This document shows positions 36,665 to 47,558 of a DNA stretch of 64,000 nt, piece by piece; position 1 is the stretch's first letter, and every line of letters starts with the position of its first letter. Both the position numbers and the translations under genes were made by a program. Below the pieces are notes generated by a model. That model made no database searches. It was not told the origin of the DNA and worked only from the letters and a program-made list of their open reading frames with translations. Source of the DNA: Desulfomonilaceae bacterium (GTDB lineage Bacteria > Desulfobacterota > Desulfomonilia > Desulfomonilales > Desulfomonilaceae); contig DATJPW010000191.1 in the NCBI GenBank assembly GCA_035506215.1, positions 5,689 to 69,688 of the forward strand, read 5' to 3'.

Positions 36665-39600
36665 ATGACTGTGATCTCCAGAGGCAGGCCAATGCAACGG
36701 AACCTAGAGACCGCCGAACAACTCCGTAAAGAACTCGAAAAGATGCGAAAGCGCCTGATCCAGTTGGAATCGGCTGAGAGCGATCCTGGTCGAAGCAAGG
36801 ACGTACGCGAGGCAACTCACAGGAAACTTGCAAAGGCTCTCAAGTCGAACCCGGACAGTGTGCTCATCACTCGGCTCGACGACGGGATTGTCATCGACGC
36901 AAACGACAGCTTTCTTCGGACTATGGGCTATTCCCGGGAAGAAGTTGTCGGAAAAGCGTCCTCGGAATTGAGGTACTGGCCTAACGCCGAGGATCGGGAA
37001 TGGTTCATGAGGGCATTAAAAGCCTCCGAGGAATACTTCGGTCTTGAAACTGCCGTTCGGGCCAGAGATGGAAGAATTTTTCCCGCTCTGGTTTCAGGCC
37101 GAATAATTGAAGTCGATGGCGAACAGTGGGTGGTTTCCATCACACGTGACCTGTCCGGACTGAAAGAAGCGGACCGAGCTTTGCGGGACAGTCAAAAGCG
37201 GTACCTCGAGCTGGTGGACCAGGCGAATGACGTCATATACATGACCGACGCAAACGGCTTCTTTACACTTGTGAACCCGGCAGGACTGAAAACTACGGGC
37301 TATTCCGTGGAAGAAATGATCGGCAAACACTATTTGGAATTGATTCATCCTGAATACAAAGATCGGGTTGAGAAATTCTATGGAACACAATTCGTCAAAC
37401 GAATCCCGGACACCTATCTTGAGGTCCCGATCGTCACGAAGACAGGGGACACGGTCTGGCTAGGCCAAAATGTGCAATTGGTGATCGAAAACGACGCCGT
37501 CGTGGGGTTTCGGTCGATTTGCCGGGATATCACACAGCGCAAAAGGGCGGAGCTGAGGTTATCCAAGAGTGAACGTCGGTTCAGGATCCTGACCGAGAAT
37601 GCGCCTTTTGGGTTGTCGGTAATGGGCGGGGATGGACGATTTCACTATTTCAATCCCAAGTTTATGGAAATATTCGGCTATACGCTTGAAGACTTGCCGG
37701 ATAAGCGGACCTGGTTTGAAAAGGCGTATCCTGACGAGGCATACCGGCAAGAAGTTATGGCGATCTGGCAGGCCGATTCAGTAGGGGATGGAACGCCCGG
37801 AGAGGCCCCGCCACGAGTCTTCACCGTCCGATGCAAAGACGGGACTGACAAGATAATTCAGTTCAGGGCCGTTGTCATGGAACACGGCGCACAAATCCTG
37901 ACTTACCAGGACATTACACTCCAGGCAAAAAATGAACAGGCTCTCCGGGAAAGCGAAATTAAATATCGCACTCTTTTTGAATCCGCCAATGATGCAATTC
38001 TTGTGATGGATGGGGAACATTTCATTGATTGTAACACGCGCGCCTGGGAAATGTTCCGATGTGCAAAAGAACAAATCATGGGCGAAACCATTCATCGTTT
38101 TTGTGCAGAGCGGCAACGCGACGGCTCAGTCTCCCGAGAACAGGCTCAGGAATTTTTGAAAGCTGCGGCGGCCGGGAAAAAACAAATTTTTGAATGGCAA
38201 TGTCGTCGCTACGACGGTTCCGTCTTTGACGCCGAAATCAGCCTCGGCCGAATGGAATTATCCGGGCAAACACTTGTTTTGGTGATGGTGCGAAACATTA
38301 CCGAACGAGTGCTGGCACAGGAAGCACTCAAGGAACAACAGCAGATGCTGCATAATATTCTTGCCGCATCCCCGGTGGGAATAGCCCGACTGGAAGAGAG
38401 GAAGATCAGTTGGGTCAATGAAGCCATGATCAAAATGTTCGGCTACGATTCCGCTGAGGAGCTCATTCATAAGAGAGCGAGACAACTGTACGGCACTGAT
38501 GAAGAATATCAGCGGATCGGAGAGATTCTCTATGAAGGATACAAGAGTGGGACTGAGGCCGAGTCATATACGAAGTTCGTTCGCAAGGACGGCTCCGTAT
38601 TTGATGGACACGTTAGAATCAGCGCACCGGACCCGACCGACCTCAAGAAAGGCACCATCGCGGCATACTCCGACATTTCCCGCCTCAGAAAGATCGAAAC
38701 AGCTTTGAAGGAGTCGGAGCGCCGCTATCGTCGTTTGGTGGAACAGGTCCCTGACATCATCTTTTCATTGGATCCGGCCGGTCGATTCACTTTTGTGAAC
38801 GTGCAGGTCGAAAGATTCCTGGGGTACTCTACTGAGCACATGCTGAACACTTATCTGTGGGAGTATACGGTCCCTGAAAACAGGGCACTGGCAGAAACGG
38901 TGCTCCTGATAGGAGCCGAAGGAATATGGGATGAAGAGTTCGGTGTCCTGGACTCGGAGGGAAATAGGAAATGGGTCCGTATCCGCTGCCAGGCTTCGTG
39001 CGACGAGAGGGGCCTGCCTGTGGGATACGAAGGCGTAATGGTTGATAGGACGGCCAGGAAGGCATTGGAGGAAGAACTCCGAGTATCCAGAGAAGCTCTG
39101 GTGGCCAAGATGAGAATCATCGACGACCTGTATGCCCACTTGATTCAGTCAGGAAAATCCAAGGCTATTGCGGAACACACTGCTGAGGTGGCTCATGAGC
39201 TACGGCAACCGCTGGCCATTATCGGCGGGTTTGCTCGCAGGATGGCGAAACAATTGGAAGAAAGCGACATCATGGACGCTAATCGCCAGCGGGAGTGCTT
39301 CCATATCATGATCGCCGAAGTGCAGAGATTGGAAAAAATACTGGGCGCGTTGATAGATTTCGCCAGGCGTGACGTTATTCAAGTGGAAATGATCGATCCT
39401 AACCTCCTGATAAGAGAAGTGTTGCGAGTACATCAGGAGCGGTTCAGGGAAAAGAACCTTAGGGTCGAAACACAGTTTGGCGACCAGGTAGGCAATGTGT
39501 GGGTCAATTCAAACCGATTCGAGCACGTGATTCGCAACCTTCTATCCAACGCCATCGAGGCTTCGCCTGAAGGCGGCATGATATCGATTCGCACGGACGT

Positions 39601-39895
39601 GTTTGTCCCCAGCGATAAAGCCTTGCGAACCGGTGAATTGGCTTGGAAAAGGTATTTCGAGATGAAGATCCGAAATGAGGGTCGTACTATCCCTGCCGAA
39701 GAGATTCAGAGGTTCTTCGACCCCTTTTACACAACCAAAGACTATGGGATCGGCATTGGCTTGACCTTATGCAAGAAGATAGTCGAAGAGCACAATGGTT
39801 CGATTTCAGCCAAATCCGACGCGGAAGGCACTGTTTTGACAGTGTGGCTGCCTCTAAAATCGGCGGGACCGGTTTCACAGAGGCCTTCGAACTGA
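36665..39895 (+). CDS. multi-PAS sensor histidine kinase (start uncertain)
   Basis: At least five PAS/PAC-like modules, then H-box HELRQPL, N-box LLSNAIEAS and G2 GIGIGLTLC. Confidence 0.85.
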   Translation: MTVISRGRPMQRNLETAEQLRKELEKMRKRLIQLESAESDPGRSKDVREATHRKLAKALKSNPDSVLITRLDDGIVIDANDSFLRTMGYSREEVVGKASSELRYWPNAEDREWFMRALKASEEYFGLETAVRARDGRIFPALVSGRIIEVDGEQWVVSITRDLSGLKEADRALRDSQKRYLELVDQANDVIYMTDANGFFTLVNPAGLKTTGYSVEEMIGKHYLELIHPEYKDRVEKFYGTQFVKRIPDTYLEVPIVTKTGDTVWLGQNVQLVIENDAVVGFRSICRDITQRKRAELRLSKSERRFRILTENAPFGLSVMGGDGRFHYFNPKFMEIFGYTLEDLPDKRTWFEKAYPDEAYRQEVMAIWQADSVGDGTPGEAPPRVFTVRCKDGTDKIIQFRAVVMEHGAQILTYQDITLQAKNEQALRESEIKYRTLFESANDAILVMDGEHFIDCNTRAWEMFRCAKEQIMGETIHRFCAERQRDGSVSREQAQEFLKAAAAGKKQIFEWQCRRYDGSVFDAEISLGRMELSGQTLVLVMVRNITERVLAQEALKEQQQMLHNILAASPVGIARLEERKISWVNEAMIKMFGYDSAEELIHKRARQLYGTDEEYQRIGEILYEGYKSGTEAESYTKFVRKDGSVFDGHVRISAPDPTDLKKGTIAAYSDISRLRKIETALKESERRYRRLVEQVPDIIFSLDPAGRFTFVNVQVERFLGYSTEHMLNTYLWEYTVPENRALAETVLLIGAEGIWDEEFGVLDSEGNRKWVRIRCQASCDERGLPVGYEGVMVDRTARKALEEELRVSREALVAKMRIIDDLYAHLIQSGKSKAIAEHTAEVAHELRQPLAIIGGFARRMAKQLEESDIMDANRQRECFHIMIAEVQRLEKILGALIDFARRDVIQVEMIDPNLLIREVLRVHQERFREKNLRVETQFGDQVGNVWVNSNRFEHVIRNLLSNAIEASPEGGMISIRTDVFVPSDKALRTGELAWKRYFEMKIRNEGRTIPAEEIQRFFDPFYTTKDYGIGIGLTLCKKIVEEHNGSISAKSDAEGTVLTVWLPLKSAGPVSQRPSN

Positions 39896-40126
39896 CCGGT
39901 TGATTCCGGCTTCGACAACCAAGCTGTTGGTTTACAGATGTACTGTTTTTTTCTTAAATTAAGCGGACTCATCAGACCGGTTTCACCAAGTTTCACTTGA
40001 CAGATTGCGAATTTCCGATTATTTTTGATATGTTGGTTGTTTGACGGAGTTCGTTACAACTTGGTTGCCGTTATTTTTGATAGTTATATGTTTTTGTTGA
40101 ATAGGATTATATATTTACTTACTAAC

Positions 40127-41395
40127 ATGTTGATAGTTCGTAAACAAGGGAGACTCTCTGCATTGCACTATAATCTTTTCGTCTTTGCTCTGATTACTTT
40201 TTTTATTTGCGCGGGGCAAGCGCAGGCGCTGGATCCTATTCATTCAGGGAATTCCTTTGAAGAGATGGTGAAACAGGTCGGCAGCGGCAAGCCCATTGTT
40301 CCACAGTGGCGACCTCAACCAGCCGCGTCTACAAGCAACAAGAAACCCTTTTCGACGGCGCCGTCCAAGAAAGTTTCTAACCTCCCGACCCAATCTGCCA
40401 CACGGCTGATCGGTCCCATTCAGAGCAAGACCGCGGTTGTCCGCTCATTCCCTTCTCCCAGTGAACGAGCTCTTTCACACACTACTCATTTTAATGAACA
40501 AGGCACATTGCCGGCGACTTCAGGACGAGAACCGTCACGGATCACGGCACTTGCCACAGCGCATTCTACACCAGCTTCGCAGCGGCTGGCTCCCCAGGCG
40601 CAGTTCAATTCCTACGGGCCGCGAGTCAAGGCCAAGGCGATGATGTGCGTCGACTGTGCTTCAAACAAAGTGATGTTGGCGAATAACGCGTCTGAACCTC
40701 TGCCCATAGCCAGCATTACGAAGCTCCTGACGGCCATGGTAGTAATCGACGAGATGGACCTGGATCGGGTGCTGGAGGTGCCTGCCGACATCGACGAGGT
40801 GGAGCCTCATAAGATCGGTATTCGACCGGGGGACATGTTCACCGTGCGCGATTTGTTGCATGGTATGCTCATCGCGTCGGGAAACGATTGCGCCGAGACA
40901 CTGGCTCGCGCATATCCGAAGGGCGGCCGCGTGGGGTTCATGTCTCGGATGAACAGCCGTGCCGCCGAGCTGGGGGCGCACCGAGTCAATCTATATACCC
41001 CTAGCGGACTTGACGTGAAAATGGCGTTGGGCAGGAAAGAAGGTAGGACGCTGGAAACCAGAAAGCCGAATGTGGCCAGTGCTGAAGATGTAGCCACGAT
41101 CGCTCGACACGCGTTCAGTTATCCTTTGATACGAGAGATCGCGGCAATGAAGACCTACACTATGAGGACACATAACACGGTGGCACGCGACTACCGCATA
41201 GCGTCGAACGATAAACTGCTCAGCAAGAACCTTCCCATTGCCGGAGCCAAAACCGGTTTCACCAACAGAGCCGGCCGATGCATTGTCGCTCTGTTCAAAG
41301 ACCAGCGGAAGGAGCACGTGATAGTCGTCCTGAACAGTCCGCAACACTTCAAAGCCGCCGAGAAAATCTACCGCTGGGCTTGCAAGGCTCTGTAG
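40127..41395 (+). CDS. D-alanyl-D-alanine carboxypeptidase (peptidase S11, PBP5/6-like)
   Basis: SITK (SxxK), SGND (SxN) and KTGFT (KTG) motifs; signal peptide and a ~170-aa Ser/Pro-rich linker. Confidence 0.8.
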   Translation: MLIVRKQGRLSALHYNLFVFALITFFICAGQAQALDPIHSGNSFEEMVKQVGSGKPIVPQWRPQPAASTSNKKPFSTAPSKKVSNLPTQSATRLIGPIQSKTAVVRSFPSPSERALSHTTHFNEQGTLPATSGREPSRITALATAHSTPASQRLAPQAQFNSYGPRVKAKAMMCVDCASNKVMLANNASEPLPIASITKLLTAMVVIDEMDLDRVLEVPADIDEVEPHKIGIRPGDMFTVRDLLHGMLIASGNDCAETLARAYPKGGRVGFMSRMNSRAAELGAHRVNLYTPSGLDVKMALGRKEGRTLETRKPNVASAEDVATIARHAFSYPLIREIAAMKTYTMRTHNTVARDYRIASNDKLLSKNLPIAGAKTGFTNRAGRCIVALFKDQRKEHVIVVLNSPQHFKAAEKIYRWACKAL

Positions 41396-41477
41396 AAAAC
41401 GAAATTCTTGGCCGGAACATTTGTCCCCCGTTGTGAGCGGCTTTCCCCCACACCTCTTCAAGCACTCCCAACCCTAT

Positions 41478-42587
41478 TCACGCTTCCTCTATCATTTTTC
41501 TGAATTTCTCAAACAAATATCGTGAATCATGAGGGCCGGGAGACGCTTCAGGATGATACTGGATTGCAGAGATCGGATATTTTCGGTGAACGAAGCCTTC
41601 AACAGTTCCGTCATTGAGATTTATGTGAGTGATCATGCACTCCGATTCGACGCTTGCAGGGTCCACCGCAAAGTTGTGGTTCTGAGAAGTTATCTCCACG
41701 TGGCCGGTCTCCAATCTCCGAACAGGATGATTCGCACCGTGATGCCCGAAGGTCAATTTGTAGGTCTTGCCGCCCAAAGCCAATCCTAAAATCTGATGCC
41801 CGAGGCAAATCCCTAGAATTGGCTTTTTCCCGATCAGATTTCTTACGCTCTCGATCACATAGGGCACTGCTTCCGGATCACCCGGCCCATTGGATAGAAA
41901 GATACCGTCCGGATTGAAATCCAGTATCTCGTCGCTGGAGGCAAACGCCGGGAATACTCTAACCTTCGCTCCTGCGTCCACCAACAGCCGCAATATATTT
42001 TGCTTGATCCCGCAATCGTAGGCAGCCACACGAAATCGGCCCTCACTTTTGGGGGCGGCGGCGTTCCAACGCCACGTTCCTTCTTCCCAGTCATATGGCT
42101 CGGCGCAGGTCACTTCCCTGACCAGGTCAAGACCTTCTATGTCGGGGTAGTCACGGACTTTTTTCAGAAGGCTTTGATAATCATGATCTTCCGTGGAGAT
42201 AATCCCCTTTTTGGCCCCAGTTTCACGGAGGTTCCGTGTGAGTTTTCTCGTGTCGATTCCTTGTACGCCTATTATCCCGTATTCCTTGAGAAAATCTTCG
42301 AGATCTTCGTTCTTTCGCCAGTTGCTTGGATGAGGGCAGTACTCCTTGACGATAAAACCGGCCAAATAGGGCTGAATCGATTCATTGTCTTCGAAGTTTA
42401 TGCCCGTATTTCCGATATGAGGGTAAGTCATGGTAACTATTTGCCCGCGATAAGAAGGGTCTGTGAGTATCTCCTGATATCCCGTAATGGCCGTATTGAA
42501 AACGACTTCGCCTATTTTCTCGCCAGGGGCCCCCATAGACGTTCCGCGCAAAATCGTGCCGTCATTCAGCACCAGAGTTGCCTTCAT
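41478..42587 (-). CDS. carA: carbamoyl-phosphate synthase small (glutaminase) subunit
   Basis: GICLGHQ catalytic Cys motif, HHGANHP, YHPEASPGPHD. Confidence 0.9.
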   Translation of the reverse strand: MKATLVLNDGTILRGTSMGAPGEKIGEVVFNTAITGYQEILTDPSYRGQIVTMTYPHIGNTGINFEDNESIQPYLAGFIVKEYCPHPSNWRKNEDLEDFLKEYGIIGVQGIDTRKLTRNLRETGAKKGIISTEDHDYQSLLKKVRDYPDIEGLDLVREVTCAEPYDWEEGTWRWNAAAPKSEGRFRVAAYDCGIKQNILRLLVDAGAKVRVFPAFASSDEILDFNPDGIFLSNGPGDPEAVPYVIESVRNLIGKKPILGICLGHQILGLALGGKTYKLTFGHHGANHPVRRLETGHVEITSQNHNFAVDPASVESECMITHINLNDGTVEGFVHRKYPISAIQYHPEASPGPHDSRYLFEKFRKMIEEA

Positions 42588-43768
42588 GATTGTCCTCTCA
42601 TAAATTCTCTCAATCTGTTCATCCCTGCGTCGATTCTCTCCTCAGGGGAGGTCATGGAAACCCGGAAATAACCTTCTCCACTCGGTCCGTAACCTACGCC
42701 GGGCGTTACCACCAGCCCCTGTTTGTCCAGAAGGTCAGCGCAAAACTGTACCGCTGAAGTATATACGTCAGGAATGCGGACCCAGAAATAATAGCCGGCC
42801 CTCGGCAACAGGAACGTGAACCCCATGTCGCGTAACGCCCGCGCAATGCGGTCTCGTCGGCCCTTAAACAGGGCCGTTCGTTCCTGATGAAAAGCGGCGG
42901 CAGCCGGATGACTTAAGGCCCGAGCGGCTGTTCTCTGAATTGCCATAAAAACCCCGGAATCAAAGTTGGACTTCAACGTGAGTAAGGCTTCTATCAGAGC
43001 TTTACCTCCCGTGACGAAGCCGATTCTCCAGCCCGTCATGTTGAAAGTTTTGGAGAACGAATGGATTTCTATGGCGATGTTTCGGGCTCCTTTTACTTTC
43101 ATTATGCTTATAGGCCGGTCTTCTTTTTCAAAATATACTTCAGAATATGCGTTATCAGAGAGAATCACAAGGTCATGCTTACGGCCGAACGCCACGAGTT
43201 TCTCAAAAAATTCTTCGTTTGCTACGGCCGATGTAGGGTTGTTGGGATAGTTCACGAACATAATTTTTGCGCTATCTGCAAGGTTCGGGTCTATGGCATC
43301 GAGGTTAGGGAGGAATGCTTGATCCTCTTTCAGAGGAATGTGGACCACTCTGCCGCCGGCAAATCCAATAGCCGCCTGGTACACCGGATAGCCCGGATCA
43401 GTAATAAGTCCTATGTCACCGGAATCCAAGAATACCATGGGCAAATGCGAGACAGCATCCTTCGCGCCGATAACCGCCATAATTTCCGACACCGGGTCGA
43501 GTTCCACGTCGAAGCGGGTTTGGAACCAGGCAGCCACTGCCGAGCAAAAGTCAGGTTCTCCCTTGTAGCTCGGATAAACATGATTGCGCGGGTCTCGCAT
43601 CTCTTCGTCCATTAAATCCAGGATGAAGCCGGGCGTCGGGCGATCGGGGTCCCCTACCGCCAGAGAGATAACGTCCATGCCCTTGGCTTGGGCGGCTTTG
43701 CGCTTCTCATCAATCAGGTGGAACAAGTATGGGGGCGTCTCCGTCACCCTTCTGGAAAACCTCATCAT
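42584..43768 (-). CDS. class I/II PLP-dependent aminotransferase (possibly LL-diaminopimelate aminotransferase type)
   Basis: YLF...ISLAVGDPD N-terminal pattern, NPNNPT, SFSKTFNMTGWRIG (PLP lysine). ATGA overlap with carA. Confidence 0.7.
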   Translation of the reverse strand: MMRFSRRVTETPPYLFHLIDEKRKAAQAKGMDVISLAVGDPDRPTPGFILDLMDEEMRDPRNHVYPSYKGEPDFCSAVAAWFQTRFDVELDPVSEIMAVIGAKDAVSHLPMVFLDSGDIGLITDPGYPVYQAAIGFAGGRVVHIPLKEDQAFLPNLDAIDPNLADSAKIMFVNYPNNPTSAVANEEFFEKLVAFGRKHDLVILSDNAYSEVYFEKEDRPISIMKVKGARNIAIEIHSFSKTFNMTGWRIGFVTGGKALIEALLTLKSNFDSGVFMAIQRTAARALSHPAAAAFHQERTALFKGRRDRIARALRDMGFTFLLPRAGYYFWVRIPDVYTSAVQFCADLLDKQGLVVTPGVGYGPSGEGYFRVSMTSPEERIDAGMNRLREFMRGQS

Positions 43769-44171
43769 TTCCCTCCGGATACTTCCGATTTGAGCTTGAT
43801 GCATGACCAAAGCGCACGGGGCGTGAAACAACCACAAGTGTCGCGATTTGCCCGGTCGCCCAGGAGGCAAACCCAACGCGGCTTTTCATCCCGCATTCGC
43901 GCGTCTCGCCGCGGTCACGGTAACCGCGTAAGAATACTGATTAGACCACTTTAAGCAAACTAATTCCATAATCAAGTTGACGGAAAGTGAACGCGTGAAA
44001 AGACCAGGTGGTTGCGGTCTGCTGCTCAGGTTTTCCTCCAGGTTTGGCCTGCATTGGCGTTGTTTATCGGCAACACTATTTTTGATATCAGCAAGCTGAA
44101 TGGTGTCAATGCGCTCCGCAGGTGATGACCGCAATATTCAGCCGGGTCTCAAGAGCGTCGGGGCCCGGTCC

Positions 44172-44201
44172 GGAACTGGCGAAGAAGCGTTCGTTCTTGA
44201 C
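44172..44201 (+). promoter_or_regulatory. sigmaE/ECF-type promoter candidate
   Basis: GGAACTG, 16 nt, TCTTGA (compare GGAACTT-N16-TCTGA), about 140 nt upstream of the ECF sigma gene. Confidence 0.3.
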
Positions 44202-44340
44202 TTTTTCTTCCGGATTCACGTATTTTCGTAAGGATTCTCTGCGGAGAAAAAATCTTCAAGTGTGTGTCTCCCCCGAAACAATTTTGAGTTGCCTTTGTCT
44301 CAATATCGTGAGTCTGGTTCTGTTCGCAGCAATTGCACCT

Positions 44341-44919
44341 GTGAACGACGAGGACAGAGACGCTGTTGAGAGGTCTGTCCAAGGGAATCGGGAGGCGTTC
44401 GATCTTCTAGTTGAAAAATACTACAAGAAAATCTATAACCTCGCCTACCGATTCGTTGGAGACCGAGAGGAGGCCAACGATCTGGCACAGGAGATATTCA
44501 CGGCGGCCTATAAGAACCTGAAGAAATTTCGGGGGGACGCCAAATTCTCCACTTGGTTATTCCAGATAGCGTCCAATAGAGGGAAAAATAAGTTTAAGTA
44601 TCTGAAACGCCGCGGTCACTTTGCCAACAGGTGGCAGAGTGAGGAGGATGAGGAGCGGGATCCTCTCCGGTCGGGAATCCCGGATCATTCGACAAATCCG
44701 GAAACCCTTTTAGCGGGTAAGCAGATACAAAGAATAGTGCAGAAAGCCATCGACGATCTCGACCCGGACCATAAAGAGATCGTCGTCTTGAGGGATATAG
44801 AAGGTTTTTCTTACGAAGAAATTGCTCGGATCTTAAATCTTCCGGAAGGAACTACAAAATCCCGCCTTCACAGGGCACGGATGGTTGTAAAAGAAAAACT
44901 GAAAAAGGCTTTATCATGA
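44341..44919 (+). CDS. ECF-type RNA polymerase sigma factor (RpoE-like)
   Basis: Region 2 (DLAQEIFTAAYKNLKKFRGDAKFSTWLFQIA) and region 4 (VVLRDIEGFSYEEIARILNLPEGTTKSRLHRAR). GTG 44341 chosen as start; the longer track ORF is unlikely. Confidence 0.8.
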   Translation: MNDEDRDAVERSVQGNREAFDLLVEKYYKKIYNLAYRFVGDREEANDLAQEIFTAAYKNLKKFRGDAKFSTWLFQIASNRGKNKFKYLKRRGHFANRWQSEEDEERDPLRSGIPDHSTNPETLLAGKQIQRIVQKAIDDLDPDHKEIVVLRDIEGFSYEEIARILNLPEGTTKSRLHRARMVVKEKLKKALS

Positions 44920-45800
44920 ATGACTGTAAGCGAATGAGCGATTTGTTCGGTGCTCTCCATGACGAGCAGCTCGATGGAGAGGTTGCGGAGAGTGTTCGTC
45001 GGCACCTCTCCAATTGTTCGGAATGCAGGGAAGACTTCAAATGGTACGGATTCACTGTTCACGCGTTGACCAGTCTTGAACGAGTCTCCCCTCCCAGCGA
45101 GTTCATGGTTCAAGTCCGTGCTAGACTTGATGGTGCTCAACCCGGTCTCTCCTTGGACTCATTCAGAAATATTTTTTCTTTATTCCCAAACCTTCCACTT
45201 CCTGTCGGGGTGACGGCACTTGCGCTCATTGCAGTTCTAGGTCTGAGTCTTTACAACTATGGGTCTGTGTACGTATTGCCGTCTGCGGCTTCGACCTATT
45301 TGTCCGAGCAACCTGAAGCGGGATTGTCGGCTGCTAAAGGGGTTGTTCCTTGGGACTCTCAGGGACAGGGCCGGAGCTTGATGGCCCGTTCACAGGAACC
45401 CTCACCTTCCAGTCTCGCCATTGTTCCTTATGCCGGCTCTATTTCTCGATCAAAGGAAGGCAATCTTGGATACCCAGGACGGGCCCTGCCCGCGGGGATC
45501 AATAATCTCACGGTGGAAAGTCCCAGTATCGATCAGGCGGTGGCATCCTTGAAACGCATATTACCCGATATTCGGGGCAGGCTTTTGGAAGAGCACTCCC
45601 GACAAATAGGGGGAACTGTCCTGACAGTCATCATTCCTCCTCAGGCTTACGGTAATCTTACAACCGAACTGGTCAATTACGGCGCGGTAGCGGTCGGACC
45701 TGACTCCGAAAGCTATTCGGCCTCAAGCCATTCGGCCTCGCCCTCTCCGGGAGAAACCGACGGCATGCGGCTGTACATACATTTTGTCCGGAGCAGATGA
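44916..45800 (+). CDS. anti-sigma factor with zf-HC2 motif
   Basis: ATGA overlap with the sigma gene; H-x3-C-x2-C motif (HLSNCSEC); one TM helix. Confidence 0.7.
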   Translation: MNDCKRMSDLFGALHDEQLDGEVAESVRRHLSNCSECREDFKWYGFTVHALTSLERVSPPSEFMVQVRARLDGAQPGLSLDSFRNIFSLFPNLPLPVGVTALALIAVLGLSLYNYGSVYVLPSAASTYLSEQPEAGLSAAKGVVPWDSQGQGRSLMARSQEPSPSSLAIVPYAGSISRSKEGNLGYPGRALPAGINNLTVESPSIDQAVASLKRILPDIRGRLLEEHSRQIGGTVLTVIIPPQAYGNLTTELVNYGAVAVGPDSESYSASSHSASPSPGETDGMRLYIHFVRSR

Positions 45801-46051
45801 GTCCCTCACCTAATTCTGCACAGGGATCTGCCGAGGCCCTCACTTTCCCAGTAAACTCTCCCTTCGCCACGAAAGGCGTTCTTGCCAAATTCATCAAGCC
45901 GGTTTTGTTTTAAGCGGCGTTTGAAACGCTTCCTCAAATACGAATGCCAATCATCGGTTGACATCCGGGGATTTTCCTTTCAACATCACATTCAAAAGAT
46001 TAGCGAGCGTTTGATTGATCCCTCTTCAGGGGATTATGAAAGGGGTTCCCA

Positions 46052-47125
46052 TTGAAATTGGGAATAATCGGTCTTACCGGGAGTGGGAAAAGCACTGTTT
46101 TCAGAGCGCTTACAGGAGGAGTGGAGTCCGGGGAACGCCGTGGACACCAGGAGCCCGGTCTGGGTGTAGTGAAGGTTGAAGATGCACGACTGGATTGGCT
46201 TGCAGCGCATTATAAGCCAAAAAAAGTCACGCCCGTACTGGTAGAATACTTGGATATTCCGGGAATTCCTGCAGAGGCTCGAACAGGTCGTTCCCTGGGG
46301 GACAAAGTCCTGCCCCATATCCGGCCGCTGGAAGCCCTGGTTCATTGCGTCAGATTCTTCGACTCACCCGCTCTTGGACCGCCTGAACCGTTGAAAGACT
46401 TTCTGGCCGGGGAGGAGGAATTGATCCTCTCAGACCTTGCAGTCGTAGAGAAACGGCTGGAAAGGCTGGAAAAGGATGTCGCCCGAGGCAGAAAGGACCT
46501 CTCCGAAGAACTTGAACTGCTGCGCGAGGCTGACAAATACCTAGACGAAGGAAAGCCGTTGAGGCTTTTCTCGGCCGCCGTGGATTCGGAGAAGCTCAGA
46601 GGCTTCGCTTTCCTTTCTGCCAAGCCGCAAATCATCCTGTTGAACGCGGGCGAAAACAAGAACAGAGATGAAATACAATCGATCCTGGAACAAATAAGGC
46701 AGAACACCGACGGCCAGGCTCACATTGCAGCGGATTGGCTTTATGCCGATACGGAAGCTGAAATAGCACGCTTGTCTGAAGAAGATGCAAGGGAATTCCT
46801 GAACGACCTGAACCTGGACGAAGGCGCCAAGAATAGAATAATCAAGAAATCATTTCAATTGCTTAACCTAATCGTGTTCTTCACCGTCGGAGAGGATGAA
46901 GTTAGAGCATGGCAACTACGGCAGGGTCAGACTGCCTTGAGGGCTGCCGGCACAGTGCACTCGGACATGGAGAGAGGTTTCATACGGGCTGAAGTGGTGG
47001 CTTTCGAGGACTTCAAACATGCCGGTTCAACTGCGGCGGCCCACAAAGTCGGGAAAGTTCGTCTTGAAGGTAAGGAGTATCACGTTGTGGACGGTGATAT
47101 CATATTGTTTCGCTTTAACGTGTGA
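46052..47125 (+). CDS. ychF: redox-regulated ATPase YchF
   Basis: P-loop GLTGSGKST and C-terminal AWQLRQGQTALRAAGTVHSDMERGFIRAEV motif. TTG start. Confidence 0.8.
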   Translation: MKLGIIGLTGSGKSTVFRALTGGVESGERRGHQEPGLGVVKVEDARLDWLAAHYKPKKVTPVLVEYLDIPGIPAEARTGRSLGDKVLPHIRPLEALVHCVRFFDSPALGPPEPLKDFLAGEEELILSDLAVVEKRLERLEKDVARGRKDLSEELELLREADKYLDEGKPLRLFSAAVDSEKLRGFAFLSAKPQIILLNAGENKNRDEIQSILEQIRQNTDGQAHIAADWLYADTEAEIARLSEEDAREFLNDLNLDEGAKNRIIKKSFQLLNLIVFFTVGEDEVRAWQLRQGQTALRAAGTVHSDMERGFIRAEVVAFEDFKHAGSTAAAHKVGKVRLEGKEYHVVDGDIILFRFNV

Positions 47126-47558
47126 TCCCAAGCGCCGGCCGATTCAGCCGGTAATGGATTGACTTCCGAACCGTACTTCGGAAAGCCGGAACTCTCGGCA
47201 GCTAATAAGTGTTTTTCATTGATTTTTTCGTCCACATGCTGTATGGTAAATCATTCTAAGCTTCATGAAATCAGAATTTGAGTGTGATCGACTGTAACAA
47301 TGCTTTCCTCAAGCGGCGTAGTCAGCGGATGTTACTATGGAATCTCTCGGAGAACCGAATACTGATTAGCTAAGGCTCTGTGTTGGGGGCCCTCAGCCGC
47401 AATATGAATATTCTGACTTTCAGAAGGGAGGTTTGACTGACAGTTTCTCCATACGGGTATTGAAACCTGAAGTTTTCACGAGTCTTTTCTAAGATGTTTG
47501 TCAGAAGCGTAGACTTTCGTGCGAATATCATTTATGGTAGGTCAAATGGAGGTATGAC

